Origin: an uncultured Acidobacteriota bacterium
GTDB taxonomy: Bacteria; Acidobacteriota; UBA6911
Length of the DNA: 64,000 bases
Reading direction: 5' to 3'
NCBI GenBank assembly: GCA_963809485.1
Contig: CAWEJX010000004.1
Coordinates: 352,001-416,000 of the forward strand
Positions 1 to 10,015 of the stretch are shown piece by piece. Both the position numbers and the translations under genes were made by a program. Each line of letters opens with the position of its first letter. The first letter of the stretch is position 1. The notes beneath the pieces were generated by a model. It saw nothing but the letters and a program-made list of their open reading frames with translations. It ran no database searches and had not been told where the DNA came from.

Positions 1-1
1 T

Positions 2-1471
2 TAGCATAACCCTGGCCACCATCGAGGAGTTGCCGCTGCCGATGGGGAAATACTTGCTGCCCTCAAGTCTGATGTCGGAAGGGGGATCCTTGATCTTCAC
101 TTCATCCAGAAGCCAGTAGTTCTCATCTACGCCCCAGGGGCCTGGAGCGCCCAGGCGCTGCCCGCCGACCGCCTCCACCGCGCCCAGGAGCATCATGACC
201 ATAACCATGGCCCTGACTGCCTGGAAGCCCAGCTCCTGTTGGCCTGTCCGGTAGGCCATGATGGCGACTGGACGGTACGGAAGCTCGATGCCGTCCATGA
301 TGATCCTGCTGCCTATCATGGCGTTTTCGCCCAGATCGCGGCCCAATTTGCGGATAGCGTCGGCCGACAGGCCGCATATATCAGCGGCGACTTCAGGTGT
401 ATAGCGGGCTATGTGTTCCTGAAAGAGCTGGAAGGCGGGCTTAACCCGGGTCCCGCCCACAGTGAACTCCCCTTCCAGGGCCGGCACTGTCGCTTCGGCG
501 TCGTATGGCTTTGCTGAGCCGGTGACCTGGTCCCAAACCTGCTCCTTATCTTTCACCCTCAGGAAATAGCCGTCTTCTTTGATCAGGAAAGGGGCGTTGG
601 TGTATTTCTTGAGGTAGTCGCGGTCTATGGTGCCCTGCGCAATCAGGACGTGGCACAATGCGAGGGCAAGAGCCAGGTCGGTGCCTGGCCGGATGGGCAG
701 CCACTCATCGGCGAAGGTGCCCGAGCCTCTGAGCCGAGGGTCAATCGCGACTATCTTCATTCCCCGGTCCCTGGCGTCAAGCATTTGCCGGGGCCACGTA
801 ATCGAGCACAGCCAATTGCCCCCGCCGCCGGTGATATTCCAGCCCCAGGCCATTAGGTACCTGGTATGTCGGAAATCCGCTCCAAGCGCCCCTTGAGAAC
901 CGACGGTATAACTGACAGCCTTCTGGGCGGCAAAAGAGCATTGCGCGCCCACACATAACATGGTTGCCCCTGAAGCCGACACGAAAGCTTCCCTGTACAG
1001 GGCTGGAGCCTTGTCCCGGCCGTGTTGCCAGACCAGAAGTCTCTTGTCCCTGGCCCGCACCTCCTTTATTTTTTCTCCTGCCAGGGTCAAGGCTTCATCC
1101 CACGATACCTGCCGCCACTGTCCCGGGACTCCCTTCTCATTGGTGCGCACAAGCGGCGCCTTCACGCGGTTGGGATCGTAGACCGCCATTATCTGGGCCA
1201 CGCCCTTGGGGCAGAGAGTGCCCCGGTTTCTTGGATGGTCCGGATGCCCTTCAAACTTGACCACCCGGCCGTCAATACGCCGCGCCAGCATGCCGCAATC
1301 CTGCTTGCCGATCCAGCAGGTGGTGGGGATCCAATCTTCGGCCAGGGCCGGCGCCGCCTCGGTACTTTGGGGTGTCCAGATCTCCATGCCCCGGAAAAGG
1401 ATCCGGCTCGCGGAAAGAGTGCCCACCGTTGCAGCGGCGCCCTTTATGAAGGTTTTCCGGCTGATTTTCAT
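2..1471 (-). CDS. Tat-exported DMSO-reductase-family molybdopterin oxidoreductase catalytic subunit (runs off the left window edge)
   Basis: Absent from the ORF track because it has no stop in the window. Manual translation from ATG 1471 gives MKISRKTFIKG...WIPTTCWIGKQDCGM...GRVVKFEGHPDHPRNRGTLCPKG...YDPNRVKAPLVR...W...SWDEA...IDPR...ADEWLPIRPGTDLALAL, which are hallmark MopB motifs. Confidence 0.9.
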   Translation of the reverse strand, partial: MKISRKTFIKGAAATVGTLSASRILFRGMEIWTPQSTEAAPALAEDWIPTTCWIGKQDCGMLARRIDGRVVKFEGHPDHPRNRGTLCPKGVAQIMAVYDPNRVKAPLVRTNEKGVPGQWRQVSWDEALTLAGEKIKEVRARDKRLLVWQHGRDKAPALYREAFVSASGATMLCVGAQCSFAAQKAVSYTVGSQGALGADFRHTRYLMAWGWNITGGGGNWLCSITWPRQMLDARDRGMKIVAIDPRLRGSGTFADEWLPIRPGTDLALALALCHVLIAQGTIDRDYLKKYTNAPFLIKEDGYFLRVKDKEQVWDQVTGSAKPYDAEATVPALEGEFTVGGTRVKPAFQLFQEHIARYTPEVAADICGLSADAIRKLGRDLGENAMIGSRIIMDGIELPYRPVAIMAYRTGQQELGFQAVRAMVMVMMLLGAVEAVGGQRLGAPGPWGVDENYWLLDEVKIKDPPSDIRLEGSKYFPIGSGNSSMVARVML

Positions 1472-1610
1472 AGCTGGTTTTGTATGAGCGCCGAAGGCGC
1501 CTTTCTAAATCGGCTTTAGCTTAATGCAACTCTTGAATTTGGCCGCCGGCCACGGGAACCGGCATTTGCGATTGAAGTCCGGCGAACCGCCGGGACGAGT
1601 AGGCTTATCA

Positions 1611-2213
1611 TCATCCCGGTGCCCCGCGTTTGAGCAGAAATCTCACCACGGGTTTGAACTGGAATTCCCCACTGTCGGTCACGATCAGCGACCTGGCAAC
1701 ATCGAAGTCCAGGGTGAGGATGCAGACTCGAGCCATGTCTATGTCGAAGGGCCGGACCTCCTTGAGCCGATTAAGGGCTACCTTGGCAGGCTTTTGCTGC
1801 CCCTTCAGCGTAACCTTCACGGACACAATGTCCAGCTGCAATCGGGTATACAAACCTTCCGCCAGCAGCCTGCCCCCTAAAACCTCCTCGCCCGCCTCGG
1901 ATTTTACAAGGTCAAAGGTCTTCGCTTCCTTGATAACAGTGACCCAGTCCGATCCCTCCTTGGCCTCTGACTTCTGTGCCTGGATATTCCTCACCGTCAC
2001 CTGAATGCTGCTCGCTCCATCGAAAGGCCGGTGCCTGACGCGCAGATGCAGGAGTCCGCTGGCGGCAACCTCCGATAAGGAGGAGGAATCGGCTGAAGGC
2101 ATGGCTGCCGAAGCAGCGGGTTGAGGCAAGGGGCTCGGCGTCGACACAGGCTCCGCGGCATGTGCCGAGATCCAGAGGAAGACCATCATCGGGATGACCA
2201 GAGGCCGGCTCAT
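1611..2213 (-). CDS. Secreted DUF4382-like protein
   Basis: Signal peptide, a Pro/Ser/Ala linker, then TFDLVK...GLYTRLQLDI...LTLDFDVARSL...FKPVV, resembling DUF4382. Confidence 0.65.
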   Translation of the reverse strand: MSRPLVIPMMVFLWISAHAAEPVSTPSPLPQPAASAAMPSADSSSLSEVAASGLLHLRVRHRPFDGASSIQVTVRNIQAQKSEAKEGSDWVTVIKEAKTFDLVKSEAGEEVLGGRLLAEGLYTRLQLDIVSVKVTLKGQQKPAKVALNRLKEVRPFDIDMARVCILTLDFDVARSLIVTDSGEFQFKPVVRFLLKRGAPG

Positions 2214-2445
2214 TCTTCAAGCTCCTGCTGCAGCAATTGGCCGATAGGTTTTCGCAACGAGCGCTTCAACACGGCCCACAAGGGTCGCTTCATCAACGGC
2301 CTCATTACTTGACATCGATCTCAGTTGTCCCGGATGTTAACTCCGTGCATCGTTCCAGTCAACGTTGTTCGCTTCCAGCGCCAATCCTTCCGACGCGGCA
2401 CGGATGTCCGCGGTAACCATCTTCCTTAGGGCAGTCCTAAGATTC

Positions 2446-2754
2446 TAGCTAGTTTCTGTCGCGAAACAGGTTTGTGCCGCATAGCGGCACTATGATTTTA
2501 GCCCGGCCTTTCAAGGCCGGGAACCATGGTACAGCGAGCAGCGCGTCGCGTAGCGACGCCTGAGATTCAGCCGTCGCTACGCGACGGAAAACTTAACTCC
2601 TTTAGATCCAGGCCTTAAAAGGCCTGGCTAAATTCAGCTGGCCGCTACGCGGCCTGACTCCAATTATCGGCTTCTATGTAATATCAAATATCCTATTGAC
2701 CGCTGTAAATTTGGCTTTTTCACCAAACCCGAGTTTCGCGACAGAAACTAGCTA
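2446..2754. mobile_element. MITE-like element with 22-bp perfect terminal inverted repeats
   Basis: TAGCTAGTTTCTGTCGCGAAAC (2446-2467) and its exact reverse complement GTTTCGCGACAGAAACTAGCTA (2733-2754). No ORF inside. Confidence 0.75.
2476..2653. repeat. REPIN-like nested palindromic repeat, copy 1
   Basis: GCCGCATAGCGGC...CCGGCCTTTCAAGGCCGG...GTCGCGTAGCGAC / GTCGCTACGCGAC...CCAGGCCTTAAAAGGCCTGG...GCCGCTACGCGGC. Same architecture as 25844-26022. Confidence 0.8.
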
Positions 2755-2890
2755 ACAGCTGCAGACGTTTTTATTTTATAATAGCGAGCTAAAGACTATC
2801 TTAGGATCTCGGATAAGCATTTGAAGCCACAGATCGACCGGTCGCTGTCGTCTCGACGAAGAGGTGATGTGGTTCCAGAGAGGAAGAACT

Positions 2891-5102
2891 ATGCAGGATA
2901 AGGAGAAAATCCCAGGTTGCAGGCTTGGCCGAAGGAACTTTTTAAAGGCCACCGGCGTACTGGGCGCAGCCGCAGCCGGTGCGAGCCTCAAGCCCGGGCC
3001 GCCGAACGCCCGTGCAGTGGATGCGAAGGCCACAGGCGGTGAGGAGATCCGGCGCAGTATTTGTGACATGTGCTGCCTCGGGCGCTGCGGTATTGAAGTC
3101 TTTGTTAAAGACGGCCGGGCTACGCGTGTGCAACCGTTCAAGGATTATCCCAATGGCCCGATTTGCGTCAAAGGGAACTCGATTCTGTTTCAATTGTATC
3201 ATCCGGACCGGCTCAAATATCCCATGAAGCGCACCAGGCCAAAGGGCAGTTCCAGCGCAGGCTGGCAGCGCATCACCTGGGACGAAGCTTTAGGGACTAT
3301 TGCCGGGAAAGTTGCAAAGATCAAACAAAAGTATGGCGCCGAGAAGGTGCTCTTCTATGCGGGCGATCCCAAAGATCCCGTGCGCCCGAATCTGCAACGC
3401 CTGGCGCTTAAATTCGGCTCTCCTAATTACGGTACCGAGAGTTCCGTGTGCCATCGCGCTATCATCGTGGCTCAAAGCCTGAACGGAGCCGCCAGCACCG
3501 GATTAACACCCGCCACGAGGGCAGTGATCATCTGGGCGAACAATTCGGCATGGGCGCAGCCGCGCAGCATGGGAGAAATTTTCAGGGCCAAAGAGAGGGG
3601 AGTCAAAATCATCGATGTCGATCCCAGGCTGGCGCCCACAACGAAGCTGGCGGACATTCACCTGCAACCGCGCCCCGGCACCGACGGCGCGCTGGCATTG
3701 GGCATGTCCCGCGTGATAATCCACGAAAACCTTTATGACAAGGGATTCGTTCTCAACTGGACCGAGGGCTTCCAGGAATTCAACAAGTACGTGCAGCAGT
3801 TTACGCCGGAGAAGGTGGAGAAGATCACCGGCGTTCCGGCAGGCAAGCTGGTCGACGCCGCACGGCTGTATGCCTCGAATAAGCCCACGGGCTGGATAAC
3901 CAGCGCTTCGCCGACTGTTCACCATTGGAACGGATGCCAGAATCACCGAGCCATTTCGGCGATGACGGCCCTTACCGGCGCTGTCCCTGTGCCTGGACTT
4001 GAGCCGTCGGCTCCAGCTCTCTCTTTCCGCGACATCACCGAATCGCGCACGCTGCTTCCACCGCTTCGGAGCAAGCGTGCGGATCTCAAAGATTTCCCCG
4101 TATGGGAGCAGTTCGAGCCGGAGATTCAGATCAACCGTCTGCCCGAATATGTGAAGGACGGCATCCTCCGGGCAGGCTTGTTCGTTGGCTGCAATTACCG
4201 CATGTGGCCGCAGGACCAATTGTATGCCAAAGCCATCAGCTGACATGGAGTTTACGGCGGGTGCCGATTTCTGGCTGACTCCAACCATGGAATTGATGGA
4301 TATCGTCCTTCCAGCGGCAACCTCGCTTGAGAGGCTGGGACCGATCAACATTGCCGGGCGAACCGTTTTCCTGCCTCAGCCAGTTGTGTCGCCTGTCGGC
4401 GAAGCTCGGGGCGACATGGAATGGATGTGGGATCTGGCGAAGCACCTGGGTATGGGAGCCGAGTTCTGGAATGGGAGCGTGATGGATACCGTGGACTGGC
4501 AGCTCGAGCCGCTGGGCCTTAAGGCGGCCGATCTGATCAAAGCGCCGAAGGGCATTGTGATTCCGCCGGCACAAAAGAAGCCAGCCGGGTCTGGAGAGCC
4601 GTCCGCACAGAAGCTGGCGGGCAAGCCCGGCTTCAAGACGCCTTCGGGCAAATTTGAATTCAAATCCTCCATTCTGGAAAAGGCCGGATTCGATGGGTTG
4701 CCCACCTATCGGGAACCGCCGGAAGGTCCAGTCGCGGCACCTCAGACGGCGGAGAAATTTCCCCTCATCTTCAACACGGGATCGCGGGAGCCGATGTTCA
4801 CGCACTCGCGGCATCGGAACAATCCGCGCCTGCGGGAGCTGCAGCCCAATCCCAAACTGGACATTAATCCAAAAGATGCACAGGCGCGCGGGATCAAACA
4901 AGGTGAGGACGTCGTTGTCGAAACTCCGTTGGGACAGATCACGGTCAAGGCAAATATCACAAATCTGGCCCAACCGGGTGTGGTCCACGTATTCCACGGC
5001 TGGCCCCAGGCCGATGTAAACACAATTCTGCCACGGACCTTTGATCCGATAACGGGCTTTCCGGCTTTCAAGTCCCAGCTCTGCCAGGTGAGAAAAGCTT
5101 GA
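2891..5102 (+). CDS. Tat-exported molybdopterin oxidoreductase catalytic subunit (frameshift near 4240)
   Basis: GRRNFLK Tat motif, CDMCCLGRC...ICVKG 4Fe-4S motif, YHPDRLKYPMKR, ESSVC (probable Cys Mo ligand), PRPGTDGALALG. The second frame carries DIVLPAATSLER and the molydopterin-binding domain (HSRH...INPKDA). Confidence 0.9.
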
Positions 5103-5112
5103 GGAGAACGGC

Positions 5113-5673
5113 ATGCAAAAAGGTTTCTATTTAGATACGGAACGGTGTATGGGTTGCCACACCTGCGAAGCTGCGTGCAAGAACTGGAACGGCGTGGAAC
5201 CGAAGGTAACCGACAAGCCTGGCACCCAGGGGCCGAAATGGCGGCGCGTTACCAATATTGAGTCCGGTGCATATCCGAACGCGCAGATCATCAGCGTCTC
5301 CCTCGCTTGTATGCACTGCGGGGAACCCGCCTGCGTGGCTGTGTGCCCGGCCGGCGCGATCAGCAAACGGCCTGAGGATGGCATCGTGGTGGTAGACCAG
5401 AACAAGTGCATCGGCTGCCACTACTGCTTCTTCGCCTGCCCGTTTGGAGTGCCGCAGTATGGTTCTAGTGGAACCATGCAGAAGTGCAACTACTGCCTGG
5501 ACCGCACAGAGAAGGGTCAGGAGCCTGCCTGCGTCGACTCCTGCCCCGCTCAGGCCATCAAGGCAGGAACGATGGAGGAACTGGCGAAGCATACCCAGGA
5601 GAGGTTGGCCAGGAAACTGGCCGGCAGTACCCAGCCTTCGCTGTTGATTTCCAGGGAAGGACTCAGCAAGTAA
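5113..5673 (+). CDS. 4Fe-4S dicluster electron-transfer subunit (DmsB/NrfC/PsrB-like)
   Basis: Four Cys clusters: CMGCHTCEAAC, CMHCGEPACVAVCP, CIGCHYCFFACP, CNYC...PACVDSCP. Confidence 0.95.
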   Translation: MQKGFYLDTERCMGCHTCEAACKNWNGVEPKVTDKPGTQGPKWRRVTNIESGAYPNAQIISVSLACMHCGEPACVAVCPAGAISKRPEDGIVVVDQNKCIGCHYCFFACPFGVPQYGSSGTMQKCNYCLDRTEKGQEPACVDSCPAQAIKAGTMEELAKHTQERLARKLAGSTQPSLLISREGLSK

Positions 5674-5744
5674 GGTATCTGGGCCGTGTTGGCACGGCCC
5701 TACAACGATGCCAGCCGGCGCGGCCCCAATTGACGAGGTCTTAT

Positions 5745-6713
5745 ATGGAAGGATTGCAGACGACCTGGGGATCGATGATAGCGGTCTACCTGTTCCTGGG
5801 CGGCTTGAGCGCAGGATGCTTCATTGCCACGGCGATGATCGCGCTGACTACGGGCGAACGCTTCAAGTCCACAGTACGCTTCGGTGCCTGGGCAAGCACT
5901 ATTGCCATCGTAGTGGGCACCCTGATGCTCCTCATGGAGGTCGGCAAGCCGTTCCGCGCACTGGTGCTGTTCAAAAGCTTCTCCAACATGCAGTCCTGGA
6001 TGGCGATCGGCGCGTGGCTGGTGTTCGGCGCAATTCTGTTCAACGGACTGTTCGCGCTGTTCTGGACGGAATCCGTGCTGAGGTGGGTGGGCGCCCGGGT
6101 GAAGTTCCTGGAAAAAAAGCGCAAGGTGTTCCGCACTATCCTGGCGGCGCCGGGAATCTTCCTGAACCTGGGAGTTGCGTTCTACACGGGCGTGCTGCTG
6201 GGGGTGCTGCCGTTCCGTCCCTTCTGGAATACATGGTGGCTCCCCGCGCTCTTCACGGTATCGGCACTGGACACTGGGATCGGTCTGGTCACTGCGTATG
6301 CTACCCTGCGAGAGCGAAGCGAGGGAGCAGCTCGTCTGAGGAGAATCCTGGAAGTATCTGTCATCACGCTTATCCTCATCGAGGGTGTCGTTCTCGGATA
6401 CTATCTCCACAAGATGCTGAAAGGCTCGGCGGATGCGGCGCGCGCGGCGCAATTGTTGATCAGTGGGGCGGTCAGCCCGGTCTTCTGGATCATTGTTGTG
6501 GGATTGGGGTTGGCAGTGCCGCTCCTGGTGTGTCTCAGCCAACTGAGCGGTTCGCTCAGACGCGCCGCAGTCGTTCTGCCCCTGGTGGCAATTACATCGT
6601 GTCTGCTGGGCGGCTTGGCATTGCGGTTTGTGGTACTCTGGGCCGGTATTCCAGCCTCGCTTTCGAGCCCCTCATGGATGCAGATCTTGACTGGCACACG
6701 GTTCGTACCTTAG
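5745..6713 (+). CDS. nrfD: NrfD/PsrC-family membrane anchor (quinol-binding)
   Basis: WGSMIAVYLFLGGLSAG, EVGKPFR, SWMAIGAW, YTGVLL...PFWNT, GGLALRFVV; about 8 hydrophobic segments. Start taken at ATG 5745 after a GAGG RBS. Confidence 0.9.
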   Translation: MEGLQTTWGSMIAVYLFLGGLSAGCFIATAMIALTTGERFKSTVRFGAWASTIAIVVGTLMLLMEVGKPFRALVLFKSFSNMQSWMAIGAWLVFGAILFNGLFALFWTESVLRWVGARVKFLEKKRKVFRTILAAPGIFLNLGVAFYTGVLLGVLPFRPFWNTWWLPALFTVSALDTGIGLVTAYATLRERSEGAARLRRILEVSVITLILIEGVVLGYYLHKMLKGSADAARAAQLLISGAVSPVFWIIVVGLGLAVPLLVCLSQLSGSLRRAAVVLPLVAITSCLLGGLALRFVVLWAGIPASLSSPSWMQILTGTRFVP

Positions 6714-6879
6714 ATGATGGCGGATTTCGTTCCATGCTTCATGGCAGCAGCGCAAAGAAATTTCTTATATCTGTTCTGTGAAACTGCTCGATTTCGGCTT
6801 GGCAAAGTTTAGGAAAGCGGGCGAATCGTCTGTGGCGGAAGTCACCGGGAGCCCAAGGTGCCAAAGAAAGGAGAGCACT

Positions 6880-7554
6880 ATGCCCAAAAAAGAAGCAAGC
6901 GAAACTGAAGGAGAAGAGCCCCAGGAATCATTCAGCACCATATCGCGTAGGAAGTTCCTAAAAGACGCCGGACTGGTCGCCGGCGGGGCCTCAATGGCGG
7001 GTGCAGCTCCGATCGCGGCCGGAGTTTCGGGACAGACGGGCGCAAAAGCTTCCGCTGTCTCACCGGAGACTGCGGCAACCGGCTCGCATAAAATCAGGCT
7101 GACCGTGAACGGATTGGAATATGACGTTCTGGTCGATCCTGAAGAATCGCTGCGCGACTGCCTGCGGGAGAGGCTCGGATTCCTGTCCATTAAGGACATG
7201 TGTCTGGGCTATGGCGCCTGCGGGTCCTGTACCGTGATCATGGACGGCAGGCCAATTCTATCCTGTCTTGCACTCGCCATCGAGTGCGACGGCAAAAAGA
7301 TACAAACAGCCGAAGGTGTCGCCCTGTCCAAACACCCGCTGATCGAAACCTACGTAATGAACCACTGCATGCAGTGCGGATACTGTACACCAGGCTTTAT
7401 CTGTACCTCCAAAGCCCTGCTGGACAGGAATCCGGATCCGACGGAGGCCGATATACGAGAGGCGCTCGCGGGCAATCTATGCCGCTGCGCAACTTACATT
7501 CGGCATATCCCGGCTGTGCAACAGGCAGCCCGCGCATTGAAGGAGGGTATATAG
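6880..7554 (+). CDS. Tat-signal 2Fe-2S small subunit of a xanthine-dehydrogenase/aldehyde-oxidoreductase family enzyme (PaoA/CoxS-like)
   Basis: SRRKFLK Tat motif; [12 protein letters not shown]...SC; QCGYCTPG; GNLCRC. Confidence 0.92.
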   Translation: MPKKEASETEGEEPQESFSTISRRKFLKDAGLVAGGASMAGAAPIAAGVSGQTGAKASAVSPETAATGSHKIRLTVNGLEYDVLVDPEESLRDCLRERLGFLSIKDMCLGYGACGSCTVIMDGRPILSCLALAIECDGKKIQTAEGVALSKHPLIETYVMNHCMQCGYCTPGFICTSKALLDRNPDPTEADIREALAGNLCRCATYIRHIPAVQQAARALKEGI

Positions 7555-9911
7555 ATGCCCGTCTATACAACGCTTAATTCATATAATGCCATCGGCAAAA
7601 AGGGAGTGCGCCGCAAGGACGGCTATGAAAAGGCCAGCGGAACCGGCTTATATACAAGAGATGTATACCTGCCCGGCATGCTGTATTCCAAGATGTATCT
7701 TTGCCCACACCCTCACGCCAGGATCAAAAGTCTGGACACCAAAGCGGTCGAAGCCTATCCCGGGGTCAAAGCCGTCTTCAGGTACGATGATAAATGGCTT
7801 AAGGACAACAAGTGGCGGAACTTCACCATGTGGGTGTTCAGCCATCAAACGGAACAGCTGCTGGCCGAGGAAGCCAACTGGGCGGGAGAGCCTGCGGGCT
7901 TTGCGGTCTGCGCCGATACTCCACGGATCTGCGACGAAGCCCTGAAGCTGGCAAAAATAGAATGGGAGATCCTGCCTTTTGAGCTCGACCCGGAGAAGGC
8001 TGTCGCGCCCAACGCCGTCATCCTGCAGCCCCATGTGGATCCAAAAACGAATGTGCGGCACAGCGGAAGCCGGCTGTTCGAGGGATACGAAGTTCATGGC
8101 GACGTGGAAAAGGGTTTTGCCGAATCCGACAAGATCGTCGATTTCAGATGGAGCGAAGACGAGACAACTGTCGCGGGCGTGGAAGCTCTGAGCTGTGTGG
8201 CTGTATTCAGAGGAGAGTACCTCGAGGTATGGGCTCACAACCAGATTCCGATGCGCACGACGAACATCCTCAAACAGTACTTCGGCAATCACCTTCACAT
8301 TCATGTGCATTCTCTCTATCAGGGCGCTCAGTTCGGTCATGAAAACTGGATCGTCTACTACACCTGGTTCCCCATAATGGCATGCATCTTTGCCCAGAGG
8401 ACCAGGAAGCCGGTCAAGCTCCTGTATGACGAGAGCTATTTCCATGCGGGCGGATACGAGCACGGGGTTCACAACTTCAAGGTCGGGTTTAAGAAAGACG
8501 GCACCATCATGGCTGTGCAGGACACGCTCGGTGCGGGCAGGCGCCGAAGTTCACGGCAAGCTATGGGAAGGGACATCCATCCCCAATCTGTTCGGCACCA
8601 CCCAAATTCCATACATCAATCGCCCGGCGGCGATCAATTACAGGCACGGCATGAGATCCTGCGGCGTTGTGGAATAATGTGTTTTTCCGTGTCGCCGCTG
8701 AAACCGGGCTGGACCCGCACGTTGTCGCCATGAAAAACGACGGCTGCCGCGGACTCGCCATGTCCTGGGTGGACGAAAATGTAAAAAAACCCAAGGGATT
8801 CCCGATGGTGAATTCGCTCGAGGCCGTGTTCAAAGCCGGCAAGGAAGCCTTCGGCTGGGAGAAGAAATACCACGCTCCGGGAACCAGAGTGCTGCCGAAC
8901 GGCAAGCTGCACGGAGTAGGCATGGTACACAGCGTTGCATGGTCGCCTGATCCCAACGGTTACTTCCAGGCAAACCAGATGGGCATTAATATCCAGCGGC
9001 AGACTCCCCTGGTGAGGATCCTGGCCCGGCATGCAGACGGCGGCTGGAACCACGAGAGCACCATTTGCCGTGTGGTCGCCGATGAATTGGGCGTGAAGTA
9101 TGAGGACGTCGAGTTCAGGCCTTTCGACGATACCGGGCTGGATACGCCGGCCGGAGAAGGCTCGACCGGCCTTGTGCGCACCCTGCCTATGGCGATCGAC
9201 GCGGCGCGAAAGGTCCGGGCTCTCATCCTGGCGCAGTGCACCACTCCCACCAAATCAGGAATCGAACCTAAAATTGTCGAGGTCCCTGCCCAGTTCCCAG
9301 GCTTAAAGCCTGATGATTTGGACATCAAAGAAGGCATCGTTTTTGAGAAAGCCAGGCCGGAGAACAGAAAAACGCTTCAGCAGGTAGCCAACTATCACTG
9401 GCAAAACTACCAGCCGTTCATCGCCTTCAGCGGCAGGCAAATGTATCATGATGAAGTTTACTACATGGGCAGGCAGGCAACCTGGGTCGAGGTGGAAGTC
9501 GACCCGGAAACCGGCGAAATAGAGATAAAGACAGTCGTCAATTCCAACGATGTCGGCAAGTGTATTGATCCCGAGGGAGTCAACGGCCAGCAGTACGGCG
9601 GGACCTACATGGGATTAAGCCACGGCCGCCAGGACGCCAAAGTCTACGACCCGGCCACCGGTGTCTTGCTCAACGACAACCTGGTTGACTACAAATGGTT
9701 CTCCTTCAACGATATCACCGGACCCATGCACCAGTGCATCGTCGAAAGCGGATTGGGATACGGACCTTATGGAGTCATCGGTATCGGCGAGAGCCTGGGT
9801 GCGGTGACCGCCACACTTCTGGCCGGCGCCGTTTACAGCGCGACCGGCAAATGGATCACGAATTTTCCAATCACGCCGGACAAGGTCCTCAAAGCACTGG
9901 GGAAGATATAA
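7555..9911 (+). CDS. Xanthine-dehydrogenase-family molybdopterin-binding large subunit (frameshifts near 8530 and 8670)
   Basis: RKDGYEKASG...CPHPHARI, HGDVEKGFAESD, VEVEVDPETGEI, DVGKCIDP...GQQYGG, GIGE, PITPDKVLKAL. The bridging frame (ORF 8390..8677) supplies the middle segment. Confidence 0.88.
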
Positions 9912-9961
9912 ATCCTCAAACGGCTTGCGGAACGAAAAGGGCTTAAGACGGCAGGTGATGC

Positions 9962-9995
9962 TGAGTCCCGCCGCCGCGATGGACGGCGGGACTCA
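9962..9995. terminator. Hairpin between convergent genes, probable bidirectional terminator
   Basis: TGAGTCCCGCCG-loop-CGGCGGGACTCA 12-bp stem between the XDH-like stop (9911) and the TBDR stop (10016). Confidence 0.65.
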
Positions 9996-10015
9996 ATTGT
10001 TGATGGACGGTTTGA

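Noticed and set aside
2476-2653. Palindromic repeats as a CRISPR array
   Set aside because: These are nested inverted hairpins, not direct repeats with unique spacers, and there are no cas genes.
4241-4243. TGA in the MopB gene as a selenocysteine codon
   Set aside because: Homology continues in a different frame (ADMEF...DIVLPAA), the site is not at the Mo-ligand position, and read-through gives unrelated sequence. It is a frameshift.
7555-9911. Aerobic CO dehydrogenase CoxL
   Set aside because: It lacks the AYxCSFR motif and a CoxM partner.
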